Source: the human T2T-CHM13v2.0 reference genome, Homo sapiens | Reading direction: 5' to 3' (one strand) | NCBI RefSeq assembly: GCF_009914755.1 | Contig: NC_060931.1 | DNA length: 64,000 nucleotides | Shown here: positions 33,943 through 56,954 of the stretch, in pieces | How the letters are laid out: each line of letters starts with the position of its first letter | How positions within the stretch are numbered: the first letter of the stretch is position 1 | Made by a program: the position numbers and the translations under genes | Notes under the pieces: generated by a model | Databases searched by the model: none | The model's input: only the letters and a program-made list of their open reading frames with translations | Told to the model about the DNA's origin: nothing

Positions 33943-34541
33943 GTGAGAAAAAGAAATGCAGCCCCTGACATCTGGGAGCTGGCCTGGTAATATCACAGCT
34001 GGGCCTTGGTGTTGCTGTAAACTGGCTAACAACTCAGAGCAAGGCACACACCTAGGCCTTGATGACTGACTCTTCTGCTGAACATCAACAATTTCAGAGA
34101 ACATCAATATCAGACAAGACCATGATGGATAAAGACTAAACAAGACCACTCTGTAATCACTCCTGAACACAAGCAAAAAAAAAAACATGAACATTGTCCA
34201 AATCACAGAAATGACCAACTCTCTATCCTGGCTAACAGGAATGACTGTTGCTTCTTTACCAGTTACAGCTTTAGCTTTATTCCAGTCTTCTTTCCTTCTA
34301 GAAAAGATTTCTTAAGCTATCCAGTTACAGAATTTTTCCAGCTTCCTAACAGCATCCCATACAGATCAAAGCCTCACTTCCTTAAACCCTTCCCAAACTA
34401 CCTAGTAGAAGCCCAAATCCCATTTGAAAAGTTACTGAAACACCCCACAGTTCCCCATGGAACTCACTGAAATATGCAATAAGCCCAATTTGTCCAACTA
34501 CAGGTGTGCTCTTGGAGGTCTTTCACTGGAGGGCAATGACA
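33943..34541 (+). mobile_element. ERV1-class solo LTR (MER39/MER34-like)
   Basis: LTR-like composition ending ...caataagccc...ggagggcaatgaca. Boundaries and subfamily are uncertain. Confidence 0.5.
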
Positions 34542-34823
34542 AAGGTCAGAAGACTACAGACTCCAAGATAACTGCATTCTGAACTTACATACAAGATTGG
34601 TGATTGGTTCCCACCTTCTGCCCAACCACTATTCCCAAGTGGGAAGGACTAAAGTTTTTTATCTCCTGCATAAAGGGTAAGCCATAGAGTTGAGGGCAAG
34701 ACACCAGTAGAAAACAGCAGGTAAACTCATCTAGAGAGGCAGTAGATGAAGGATACTTCTATCCCCATTATCTCCCCACCTCCCATTTGGCCTAAAAGGA
34801 GCCAACTAAATGGGAAGGTTCTA

Positions 34824-36815
<1,992 letters not shown>

Positions 36816-36965
36816 AGCTCTCAAAAGAAAGGAAATCAATCATTACTACCTGATACTAATAGCCAAAGTCAAATATGATCACTAAAGCAACTGACAAGAG
36901 AACTATGAGATATTCATAACACAAAAGACAAAATTATTACATGAGTATTTAAAAGTTAAACACTA

Positions 36966-37267
<302 letters not shown>

Positions 37268-37279
37268 GTTAAACACTAT

Positions 37280-39172
<1,893 letters not shown>

Positions 39173-39634
39173 GTTAAGCAATTATAGCATTATGTAGCAA
39201 AATCAGAAAGAATTGAATAATTTTAAAAATTGGCAACAGGTCTTAGAGAAAAAGTATTTACATTCACTCTAAATATAAATCATTTGAGAAAGAAATGCCA
39301 AAGACTGGGAACCCTGAGCCTGGTCACTGTCTGCGCTGGTTCTGTAGAAGATGGAGTAGACTCAACCAGCCAGGGGTACTGGGTTGAGGGAAACAGGTGA
39401 GGAGAGTCAGAACTAAAGAACTCCATAATCGGTACCAAAACCGTTTTCAGGGGAGTAGACGAAGCTCTGGACTGTTTTACAATGTGTCCCTTTCTCAACC
39501 CAAATTCTAGAATATCTAATTAATTAAAAGTAAAGCCAAAGAGCAGGAGGATCACTTGAGCCCAGGAGACAGATCTGGGCAACACGGTGAGACCTCACCT
39601 CTACAAAAAATTAAAAGATTAGCTGGGTCTGTTA

Positions 39635-39787
<153 letters not shown>

Positions 39788-39799
39788 TTAAAAAATAAT

Positions 39800-41560
<1,761 letters not shown>

Positions 41561-42477
41561 CTAAATGTGTACCAAATTCCACTAACTCAAATTCCACCAG
41601 CTCAGACTTTATATGTCCTCTTTATTCAAAGTATGACTTCCAAAGTGATTCTCAATTTTCAAGATCAGTGAGTACACAAATTAGATAATTCTAAAGCAGA
41701 ATTTTTTCACCTCAAACCAAGTGTGACTGAATCGTAGACAACTTAGGAGAGGCGTAAATATAAACATAAAAAATTGACATATTTTACAACAGTTATGAAA
41801 ACACAGATAAACCCAATTACAATACATTCTAGAGCATCATGAAAAGATAAAAACATCAAAGTAGACTTTCCAAGGTCAAGTCCGCTTCCTGACTCCTGCC
41901 AACAGCACACATGGAACATGGGCCAAAAAAGAAGCTGCTTCCCTAAGAAGTTGCTTCCATAGCAAAATGGACTTTTGCTGAGGTCCTCACTCCCATAAAT
42001 AACCAATATTCTCATCCCAAACGGTAAGGTTTCGAACTCAACCCACGTGGGGGCTGGGGGAGATGAAAGAGGGATGGAAACGTGAGGCGCCAGGAGGGCA
42101 GGAGGTGTTGACCGGGACAAGGTAACCGGCCGGGTCCAAACGCGAGAGGCGGGCGGGCTCCGCGCAGCCCGGCCCTTCCCGGACCCGCCGGGCCCACCCA
42201 GGCTCTCCGGGACGCCTGCGCATCCACCTGCCTACCTGGCCTGGCGGCGGAGCGCGGGGGCGCGCACTGGCGGGGCCGCCGTCCACACCCCGAGGCGCGA
42301 GCCGCACACCCGCCCAGAGAGGAAGCCCCTGGGGTCCCAGAGCGCGGCGCGCACCGCAGCCCTCCCCGCGGGAAGGGAAGGGCAGCACCGAGGCCGCGGG
42401 GCGGGGGCGGGGTCGGGGCTCGAACGGAGGGAGCGCGAGGGGGCAGGGGAGGCAAGAGCGGAGCGGGGGGGCAGGCA

Positions 42478-42560
42478 GAGGAAGCGAAGGGGAGGGGAGG
42501 GGAGAGGAGAGGTGGGGAGGGAAGGGGAGGGGAGGGGAGAGGAGGGGTGGGGAGGGAGAG
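42478..42560 (+). repeat. (GGGGA)n-like polypurine tract at the start of intron 1
   Basis: Directly visible G-run purine tract. Confidence 0.85.
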
Positions 42561-42695
42561 CGGCAGAGGCCGGGGCGGGAGGCGCGAGGCGCAGGCCCGG
42601 AGGTGAGGGGTCCGGGGGCCCGGGGGCCCGGGGGCGGGGACGGAGGGCCCGGGCGGGCACGCGGGACTGTCAGGGCTGCCTCGGTCCCCACGCAC

Positions 42696-42761
42696 CGTGG
42701 ACTCCCGCACTTGGCTGTGGAAGTGCTGCTCCCGCGCCGACACCTCGTCCTGCCCTTCCAT
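42696..42761 (-). CDS. LMBR1: LMBR1 first coding exon (22 codons, MEGQDEVSAREQHFHSQVREST)
   Basis: The peptide matches the N-terminus of human LMBR1 as I recall it. The ATG is in strong Kozak context (AGGATGG). The exon ends in phase 0 at the donor ACG|GTGCGT (GT at 42695-42694) and lies in a CpG island. Confidence 0.95.
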
Positions 42762-42950
42762 CCTCCTTCATGCCCGCCGCCGCGCCGCCCGCGTCCGCGT
42801 GCTCCGCCACACCATCGTCCGCCCGCCGCAGGGGCTCGGACAGCCGCGCCGGGGACCGGAGCCGGCACGGGCCCGCGAGCCGTGTTGGAACAGGTACCGC
42901 GACCACGACACCGGCCGTCGCCTCAGCAGCCTCAGACGAGCAGCTCTGAC
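42762..42950 (-). other. LMBR1: LMBR1 5' UTR (exon 1); TSS position approximate
   Basis: GC-rich sequence between the ATG and the upstream GC-box cluster. The TSS is inferred, not observed. Confidence 0.65.
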
Positions 42951-43879
42951 TAAGGGAGGGCGGGCGCCGCGCAGTCGGGGGCGGGGCGGGGGCGGGGCGG
43001 GGGCGGGGCAGGGAGGGGAGGGGGCGGTGCAGGCATACGTCAGACGAAAGGCGCCGATGCGTCAGAAAAGCGCGCCTCGCGGTCTTCCGAGCTGCTGGGC
43101 CGGGAGGCGCTGAGGGGGCGGGGCCTTGAGGTCGCGGGGCGGGGCTCCGCCCACGCTCTCAGGGGCTACCCCAGTTAAGGAGGCGCTGTCCTGGCGTCGG
43201 ATGGGGACGGGGAACGCGGCGAGGGCGCTGCGACCTCTGCCCACCTGGCCCGGCCGCAGTCTCGGAGTTCCTGTTCCTCACAGGAGCTAATTATTTATGA
43301 CAGCTGCATGGTTCCCCTCCCCCAGTTACTCAGTGCTTGGCACTCGGCACCCCTTACTCAGCACTCAGTACCGCACTCGGCCTCAGGGGACCTGGGCAGA
43401 GGGAAGCAGGGAGTCTCCCGCGGAAACTCTTGCTCTGCCAAAGTAGGTTGAAAGGTCGGAAATCGGTGGTTTGGGGCCGGGCTTTGGGCGGAAACCCAGC
43501 TTCTCTGGGTCTGAGAAGGGTCTTGGGCTGCCCCACCTGGAAAACGCAGATAACCGAGCTCGCTAGACCCTTGCCAAGTCCTTCCGGTAGCTCGGTCACT
43601 AGGGTCAGTTTTATGACTCTCAGTGGACCCTAAACAGCACGTAATATATGTATTTTTCACCGCCAAATATATCAAACACAATAATTCACCCTCCGTTCCC
43701 CATTATCTTTCTTTTTGTTATAAAATTTGAATTTAAGGGAATGTTTATAATTTTACCTTAGGATTTATTTGGCTACGAGGAAGTCATTTAAATTGCTAGT
43801 GGCTGCGATTTTTGTTTTTGGCATCTTTGAGAATTCTTAGGAAGTGTGAAAATCTACAAATTGCTTTCAAATGTCATTT

Positions 43880-44187
43880 AGTTTTTGTTTTTGTTTTTTT
43901 TTTTTTGAGACAGAGTTTCACTCTTGTCGCCCAGGCTGGAGTGCAATGGCGATCTCTGCTCACAACAACCTCTGCCTCTTGGGTTCAAGTGATTCTCCTG
44001 CCTCAGCCTCCCGAGTAGCTGGGATTACAGGCGCCCGCCACCACGCCCAGCTAATTTTTGTATTTTTAGTAGAGACGGGGTTTCACCACGTTGGCCAAGC
44101 TGTTCTTGAACTCCTGACCTCAGGTGATCCGCCCACCTCGTCCTCCCAAAGTGCTGGGATTACAGGCCTGAGCCACCGCGCCCGGCC
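43880..44187 (-). mobile_element. Alu (AluSq/Sp)
   Basis: Dimeric Alu. Confidence 0.9.
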
Positions 44188-45579
44188 GTTGTTTAGATTT
44201 TTATGAATCTAAATTTAACAGTCAATGAAGTTGTTGTAAAGTTCTTCAAAGACAAATATGTGGTAATTTAAACCTTGCCGTTTCTCTTCACAATTTTGAG
44301 TAGAGAAAATTTTTTCACAACTCAGACTTCTTATGGTGCTTGGCGAAGTTGGAGGCCCCGACACACGGTTTCTATGAGTTCACTATAGCTGAACATTGTG
44401 GTGGTGGGAGAACTTAGAGAACCTGAGGCTTGTTCTCAGCATGTGCCCTGCTGCCACAGGCTGATTGATCATAATCCAAGAACAACTGTCAACTGGTTAA
44501 ATTCAACGTTCACCTTTATTTTTTAGAATGTCTTGGAGCCCTAAAGAACCTGGATAATTTCTGGGTTAATTCTCTCCAAATCAGAGGGCAAGCAGATTAG
44601 ATTTTAAAGTGTATGGCATTTAAACACAGATTCCAGAAAGTGAATGCATGTAGTATTCCTCATCTTTTTAATGCAATACTCCAACCATCTAGACCTTTTG
44701 ATTTTCTTTTATGCAATCATCCCTAGAGGTTTACCCACCACTGGTACTTGTAACACTTAACCCAGGGTAGTCAACTTCAACAATGGCCACGTACTCACCA
44801 CTCCCTATACGCTCACCCTCTGCCATCTGGCTTTGTCCTTCCTCCCAGCAAGAAATGGACTCTACTTTCCAGCCCTGGAATCAGCCTGGCTGGGTGACCT
44901 GCTCTGGCCAGTGGGACATTGAAAAATACAAAACTATAGGAAAGTGCTTGTACATTAGGACTTGCCCTTTCTTACGGACCCTAGGGACCCTCAATGGCCA
45001 CTGGCCACTGCATCATAAGCCCCAGCCCAGCTGAAGATAGGTGACCTGGTCACCTCCATCACCCCAGCCAACACCCTCTTTCCCACATCCCTAAACGCTG
45101 TTGTATAAGACCACATGGGCCATTGTAACGGCTTTGGCTTTTATTCTGGGAGAGGTTAGGAGCCACTGTGGGTTATTGACAGGTGTGATGTGATCTGACT
45201 GCTGCTCAGGGCCTGGACAGCAAATGAGGAAGACTTATTGCAGAAATTCAGAGCCTAGTGACCTGGACCAGGGTGGAGGCAGCAGAGGAGGTGAGAGGCG
45301 GTCGGTTTCTGAATGCATTTTGAAAGGAGGATTTCCTATCAGGATTTCCTATCACATGGGGATGTGGTCAGAAAAAGAGAAAGACAGGGAGGGCTCCAAG
45401 GCATCTGCCTTAGCAGCCAGAAGGACAGTTGCATCACCAAAGGGGGGGAAGGCTGCAGTTAGAACAAGTTTTGGAGAAAAGACACAGAGTTCTTAAAATG
45501 TGATGATGACACCTCCTGGCCACCAAAATATGCTGTGTGGATATGAAGTTTCATTTCATATCAGAAGAACATGGCTGGC

Positions 45580-46950
45580 AATAAACATTTAAAAATATGT
45601 TTCATCTCAACAATACCCAGGACATGCAAATTGAAACCTAAATGAAGTACCTTTTCACTTTCATTGGGTGGGCAAAATTCTTCTAATTTGACAATATTGA
45701 ATGTCACAAGAATGTGGAACAGTAGAAATTCTGTGCCACTGGAGGTCGTGTGAACCAATATGATATCTCTGTAAATAATTTGGCATTATCCAGTAAAGCT
45801 GAAGATAAGCAACTAGCAGTTGCACTCCTACCCATGTATCCTAGAAAAGCTCTTGAGCATGTACACCAAGAGATGTGAATGAGAATCCCCACAGCTGTGC
45901 CACTTGAACTAGCAGAAGTCTACAAATAGCCCAGCTGTCTATCCACGGTGGAATGGGTAAATAAACTGATATGTTCATGGGACAGAATGCGATTCTGAAA
46001 AATTAGTGAACAATAGCTGCAAGCAGCAATACAGATGAATCTCTAAAACAAAGTGTTGACCAAAAGAAAGTACCAGAAGAAGACACACAGTGACTCCATT
46101 TAGGTAAAGTTCAAAACCACACAAAACAATATACTATTGTATTATTCCATTCTCACACTACTACAAAGATACTACCCAAGACTGGGTAATTTATAAACAA
46201 AGGAAGTTTAATTGACTCACAGTTCCACATGGCTTGAGAGGCCTCAGGAAACTTACAATCATGGCAGAAGGGGAAGCAGGCATGTTTTACATGGTGGCAG
46301 GGGAGGCGGGAGAGGGTGGGGGGGGAAGTGAGGAAGTGGGGAAGAGGGGCAGGGAGGTGGGAAAAGAGGAGGGAAGAGGAGATGGAGGGAGGAAAAGAGG
46401 AAGAGAAAGGGGGAGAAAGAGCAAGAAGGAGGAACTGTTAAACACTTATAAAACCATCAGATCTCATGAGAACTCAGTACCATGAGAACAGCATGTGGCA
46501 AACTACCCCCATGATCCAATCACCTTCCTCCCTCGACATATGGGTATTAGAGACCCCTTGCTTGGTGTTTAGGCTAACATGCTCCATTTAGCAAGGGGTC
46601 AAGTTGCGGTAGAGAACCCACAGTTTAGGCTACCAGGAAGTGGTAAACCCTCCACACATGGTGACTACAATTCGAGATGAGATTTGGGTGCAGACACAGA
46701 ACGAAACCATATCAACTATTTGGGGATACAACCATGCAGTAGAACTATAAAGAAAAGCCAAGGAATGATAAAACTCAGAGAGGTCAGAAAAGGGATTGGT
46801 GAGAGGCATTCAAGGGCCACAAAGAGAATGATAATGCTCTATTTCTTAAACCAGAATGGAGGAGATCCACAACCCTATCTTGTATTGTTATTCTTTATAC
46901 CTACGCATTATCTGTCATGCATAAACAGCATCTATTTAAAATTTAATAAA
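45580..46950 (+). mobile_element. L1ME-type 3' fragment hosting the MST LTR
   Basis: Diverged L1 3' sequence on both sides of the LTR. Confidence 0.6.
46138..46712 (-). mobile_element. MSTA/THE1D-like LTR with a purine-rich expansion and a foreign insert
   Basis: gactgggtaatttataaa...gactcacagttccacatggc...gagatgagatttgggtg...accatatca. Confidence 0.85.
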
Positions 46951-47181
46951 GTAACTTTCAAGAAGCACCACTTCCCGGTAGCCTAAACCATGGGTTCTCT
47001 ACCTCAACTTATCCCCTCGCTAAATGGAGCATGTTAGCCTAAACGCTAAGCAAGGAATCTGTAAACCAGGTGCCAGTTCTGTGGTAAATTGCTGTGTGAC
47101 CTTCCAGGTCTCTGTTCAATTAACAATGCCTGATGTTCCTTCCAGCACTAATATTGTGTTTGTTGTCTTAAAAATTAACTT

Positions 47182-47528
<347 letters not shown>

Positions 47529-48163
47529 TTAGAGGGGAGGAGGCGATCATGAGCATCAGTTGCTTAGCGCCAAACCTGAGAGTCATCCTGAATTCCACAC
47601 TTTCCCTAACAACGCACACCCCATCCATCAGCCAGTATTTTTTATTCTACCACTAAAATATGTCTGGAATTCAGCCACTCCTCCACACCGCCTTTGCCAC
47701 TCTCCCGTTCCAACTGGCCTCATCCTTCAGTGGCCTCTGGGCTGGTCTCCCTGCATCTACTCTTCCCAGGCCCTCACCATCTTCTCCCTCCCATCATCCA
47801 TCCCGTGCAATAAGTATGTAAATTAGTTGTGTTCCCCAACCCCAAGGCTTCCCATATCACTTACGCTCAAACTCTGACCCCTAACCAAGACCTGCAGAGA
47901 CCATAGGACCAGCCTCTGCCCACCTCCCCAATCTTGTCTTCTGCTGGGCCCCCCACTGCCTTTGTACTGTGCCCTCTGCCCAGGATGCTCTCCCCAGAAT
48001 CACAGCCGCCTCTCTCTCCTTACTCACAGTGTAAAGATTAATACTGTAGAGAGGGCGTTTTAGATCCTGAGCTGAGGTAGCACCTGAACCCAGCCCAGCT
48101 ATGCCGGCTCACTTCACCTTGCACTGTCTTCAAGACAGGACCATAGAAGTTATTAACACATAG

Positions 48164-48499
<336 letters not shown>

Positions 48500-49079
48500 C
48501 TAGTCATGGCAAAGACTTTATCCTGTTCACTATTTTTCCAACACCAAGCACAGTGCCGGGCACATGATAACAGGTTGATAAGCCTTTGCTGAATAAAGAG
48601 TCATACATGTAAATGGGGGGGGGCGGTAGTGGGGAGCTAGCTTTTGCGGAATAACTACTGTATTCCAGGCACTTCCCATGCAGTATTTAATTTAACCATC
48701 ACAGTGGCCCAGTGAAGTAGGTGCTGTCAGCTCCATATTACCATTGAAGACATTGAGGCTCAGAAAGGTTAAGCAACCTGACCTGGTTTGTACATCAAGA
48801 TTTGAACCTAGATTCATTGACTTATTAACACCTGCTTTTCTCACAGTTCCATTGCTCTCTGCCATGCAATAAAACAAAAACAATTGCATCACCATGCATG
48901 ACACATAGTAAAACATCCAGGTCCCTCTGTTGGAGATTCTGCCCTGACAACCCACCCCCCTTCCCCACTGAATTCTTCTGTAGTCCTGAGTGTGCTTGAG
49001 TATGTGCTTGAGTGGAGTATGCAACCAAGCATACAAATGAATCCAAGCTCACTCTCTGCCCCTCAAGTTTCGGGAATGG

Positions 49080-49562
49080 TGCATCAAGGCTCTCCAGAGG
49101 AATAGGACTAATTAGGGGGTGGAGGTGTAGAAAGAGAGGGTGGGAGAAAGATGTATTATGAGGAATTGGCCCACATGATTCTGGAGGCTGAGAAGTCCTA
49201 AGATTTGCAGATGGCAAGCTGGAGACCAAAGTATAAGTTCTAATTCGAAAGCCAGCAGGCTCAAGATCCAAGAGCTGATAGTTGAGTCTGAGGCCAAAGG
49301 CAAGAAAAGACCAATGTGTCAGCTCAAGCAGGAGGAGCTCCCCCTACTCAGGGGAGGGTCAGTCTCTCTGTTCTGCTGAGGACTTCAGCTGATTGGATCA
49401 TGCCCACCCACATTGGAAGGGCCATCTGCTTTACTCAGGCCACCAATTCAAACATTAATCTCCTCCAGAAGCACCCTCACAGACACACACAGAATATTGT
49501 TTGACCAGCTATCTGGGCATCCCATGGCCCAGTGAAGCTGACACATAACGTTAACCATCACA
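49080..49562 (-). mobile_element. MLT2 (ERVL) LTR
   Basis: tattatgaggaattggc..acatgatt..ggaggctgagaagtcc...caccctcacagacacac...aaccatcaca. Confidence 0.8.
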
Positions 49563-49782
49563 AGTAGGGACCCCTGTTTTTATTCTCTTCTTAATAGGCT
49601 TGGGGAGAGGTTGGCCTCTCATGCTTCTAACTCATCAGCTGTTACCTGTGGGAGCTACTACCTACTCAGCATCGCTCAGGGCACTGCATTACGCCTTCCA
49701 GGCAATTATACAAGGTACTGCTTGAGCTTAAGCAAACTGAGAGAAGATTTAGCACACTTTCTAAAGGTAATATCATAAATAG

Positions 49783-51133
<1,351 letters not shown>

Positions 51134-51224
51134 TAAGTTATATTTTTAAAAGGTAATAAATGCTCCGACTCCATCATGTCCTGCTTGTGTTATTATACTT
51201 TACTCTTGAGGCCGCTTTCGTCAG

Positions 51225-51388
51225 CTGTAAAATGGTGTGCTCCTCCACCCTCAATATCGGTACATCTGGTAGCTAGAACTGGCCACAGTGGGAGTATTTA
51301 CAGCACAGAAATCAGTCAATGATAACAAATCAGGGCCCCCTTCCCCTCCTTGAAGAGCTGGTTGTTAAGTAATTACAGCACACCATGG
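51225..51388. mobile_element. MER63-like hAT DNA transposon remnant
   Basis: tggtgtgct ... agcacacca inverted termini; internal gggagtatttac motif. Confidence 0.55.
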
Positions 51389-51691
51389 GAGCCAGCAACC
51401 GTTTTAGAAAGAGCCTCAAATGAAGATGTTCACACTGTGGGCTAATGTTGAACAACCAGATGATAAAAGGTGGAAATTGAGGAGACTGGACAAGACTCTC
51501 ACCTGGTGGTTGGTCATCCCACGTGTCTGCAGAGGCGAATCAAGGGGATTACTAAAGGGAAAACAGGAATTTTTCTCAGGAAAACAGTTCTAAATTCATG
51601 AAAATACAATTAAGTTCAGAAACATCGATTACTTTTACACCAATCAGAAGTTCTTCTAGTCATACACATGTTTGTCGGTTTCTGAAAGGTG

Positions 51692-51870
51692 TGTGATACG
51701 GTTTGGCTGTGTCCCCACCCTAATCTCATCTTGAATTATAGCTCCCGTTATTCTCATGTGTTGTGGGAGGGACTCAGTGGGGGATAATTGAATCATGAGG
51801 GGGGTCCCCCATACAGTTCTCGTGGTAGTGAATAAGTCTCACAAGATCGGATGGTTTTATAAGGGGTTTC
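51692..51870 (+). mobile_element. THE1 LTR 5' half (truncated)
   Basis: tgatacggtttggctgtgtccccaccc..atctcatcttgaatt...gatggttttataaggg. Confidence 0.85.
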
Positions 51871-52088
51871 CACCACTGCATTCCAGCCTGGGTGACAAAG
51901 CGAGAATGTCTCAATAAATAAATAAATAAATGACAGAACCTACAAAGTGCAATGACACTGTAAAAGTTGGCTGTTAGTAATAGTATCAACGTCATCATCA
52001 CCATTATTGTTATCATCTAAAAACCAAGATCTAAGCATGGATTATGCTAATATTTACAAATTGGGTTATATATGTATGCGATACTTAA

Positions 52089-52994
<906 letters not shown>

Positions 52995-53769
52995 CAGTCT
53001 CTGATTTTAACAAGATTTCATCTTGGGACTAATGGTACAAATTTCACCCATCCCTAACTAACTCTCATTGAAATGTAGAGAAACAGATGATCAAGACTCT
53101 GCTAGCAGGAGAAAAAGAGAGAAAAGAGAGATGAAAAAGTCTTGTGTGACCAGAAGCTTATCAACCTTGTGTGCTGTTGGCTTACTTTAACATTTACAGC
53201 AGATGATAGAATTGTGTTCAGATGACACAATAAGGTATCAAATGACTTCACGAAAGCAAGACGGCACTGAACCCCAAGGTAAGAGATTGTACGGACATCA
53301 TTTAAAGGTTTGTGTCCCCCCTTAAAGGTTTGTGTCCCCCTTTGGTAGTCCAGACATGAAAACGTCTAATCTGGGTGTGGCTCAGATACCACTCTGGAGT
53401 AGGCTAACTTTGTAACTCGAGCGCACAGAATGGCAGGAAGCAAAGCAACAGTCGGAGGAACAACCTGGGCCAACATGGCACGAGATCAAAGAGGAGAACA
53501 AGACGTGCTGAGCCCAGAGGGGGTGAGTCAGAGAGAGAAGAGGATGTTTTCTTTTGGTCACTGCAGACATAGGTTTTGTTGTGAGCACTACATTGTCTGA
53601 AAAGCCCCCATCCTAATTCTAGGTCTGCAAGCCAAGAAGATGGAGCAGGTTCTCGTGGGGCTCTGTCTCCAGAGACCTTGTGTGAGCTTGGTAATGAGAG
53701 GCCCAAAGCCAACATTTAGATAGTGCTGCTCCAGGAAAGGGAATTAAGGGCTTTAAAAATGGATGCTGA

Positions 53770-55143
<1,374 letters not shown>

Positions 55144-56334
55144 ACTACACCAGCTTTTAAATATACTTTCTAGAGGGGAAATGATGGAAACAATGAGGAA
55201 GGCACACTTAAGAAGTTAGTCTTTCTCCCTTCAGTCTCAGTTCTATTCTCTAGATGCAACCAGGACTAAGGGTTTCTAGCCATTCTTCCAGAATTTTCTA
55301 CACATATATAAGCATTTTTAAAAGTACACAGTTGAGATCTGTTTTGCCACTTACATTTTTACTTAATAATATATCTTGGCTGTCTGACCATATCATTACG
55401 TACAGGTCCATTCCATTCCTTTGCTTCTTGCTTAGTAGTCCCCTGACTAGTATGTGCTGCATTTACTGAACCAATCTTCTGTGAGCGGGCGTTCAGGTTA
55501 TTTACAGCTTTGTTCTGCTTTGCAGCTCTCTTCTAACAATGCCGTCACGTATATCCTTGCACGTATTTCCTTGCATACTTGTACAGTTTTAGGGGTTGGG
55601 GGCAGGCCCCTGGTATGAGGTGGAAGCAGCTAGATCTTTTGGATAAGGCTCCACTGTGCCCAGGCCATGGCATGGCAGCAGCCCAGGGTTATCAGAGGAT
55701 TCCAAGAGCTACCTGCTAGGGACAGAGTCAGAGCTGGTGGTGAAAGGAGTGGGTGGTATTTTCTGTCTCATGTGACACTGGGCCAGGTGGGGACAGGCAG
55801 TGTTTGTAAAGACCTCAGGAAATTCACCCAGGAGAACACAGGCTTCATCAAGGCCTCCCCTGTGATTGCAAGCCCAGAACCATGCCCTAGAACAGCCCAG
55901 TGCACTGAGGGTAAATGCAGCACCCTTGGGCGAGGTGGGGCCAGCTGGGAGTGTTCCACAGCCCTGGGCGCTTTGGAAAACACTCAGTGGTACCTCCTGA
56001 GAGCCCAGGCCCTTTGCTGGGCGGCCCAGGGGTTCCAGGCCTGAGCAACCCACCCAGAAATGAGCAGACAGAGGCAAAGGCAGCTGTCCAGGTTGGGAGT
56101 GAATCCACTGAGCATCTCCCTTGTCCTCAGGCCAGAGTTTCCTGGTTACTCCCACATGTTTATTTTTCCAGATGAATTTTGTATCATCTGTCATTACCTT
56201 ACCCACTCCTCCCCCCACATCCTCTTGGTATTTGATTGGAAGTGAATTAGGGAGAATTGACATATTTACAACACTTAAGTCTTCGTAGCCAAAACAAGGA
56301 ATGTTTTTATTTAAGTGAACTGACATCTGTTTTT

Positions 56335-56954
<620 letters not shown>

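Larger units (their letters stand above)
42040..43270. promoter_or_regulatory. CpG island / TATA-less LMBR1 promoter
   Basis: Very high GC and CpG density. Tandem GC boxes (GGGGC)n at about 42977-43009 and CRE/ATF half-sites (CGTCA) near 43038 and 43060. Confidence 0.92.

Noticed and set aside
42012-42761. 249-aa ORF starting at the LMBR1 ATG
   Set aside because: Only the first 22 codons are LMBR1. The rest is read-through past a canonical donor into GC-rich, low-complexity intron.
55709-56326. 205-aa minus-strand ORF
   Set aside because: It starts in a decayed L1 fragment (KFIWKNK), and I see no recognisable domain, splice or promoter support.
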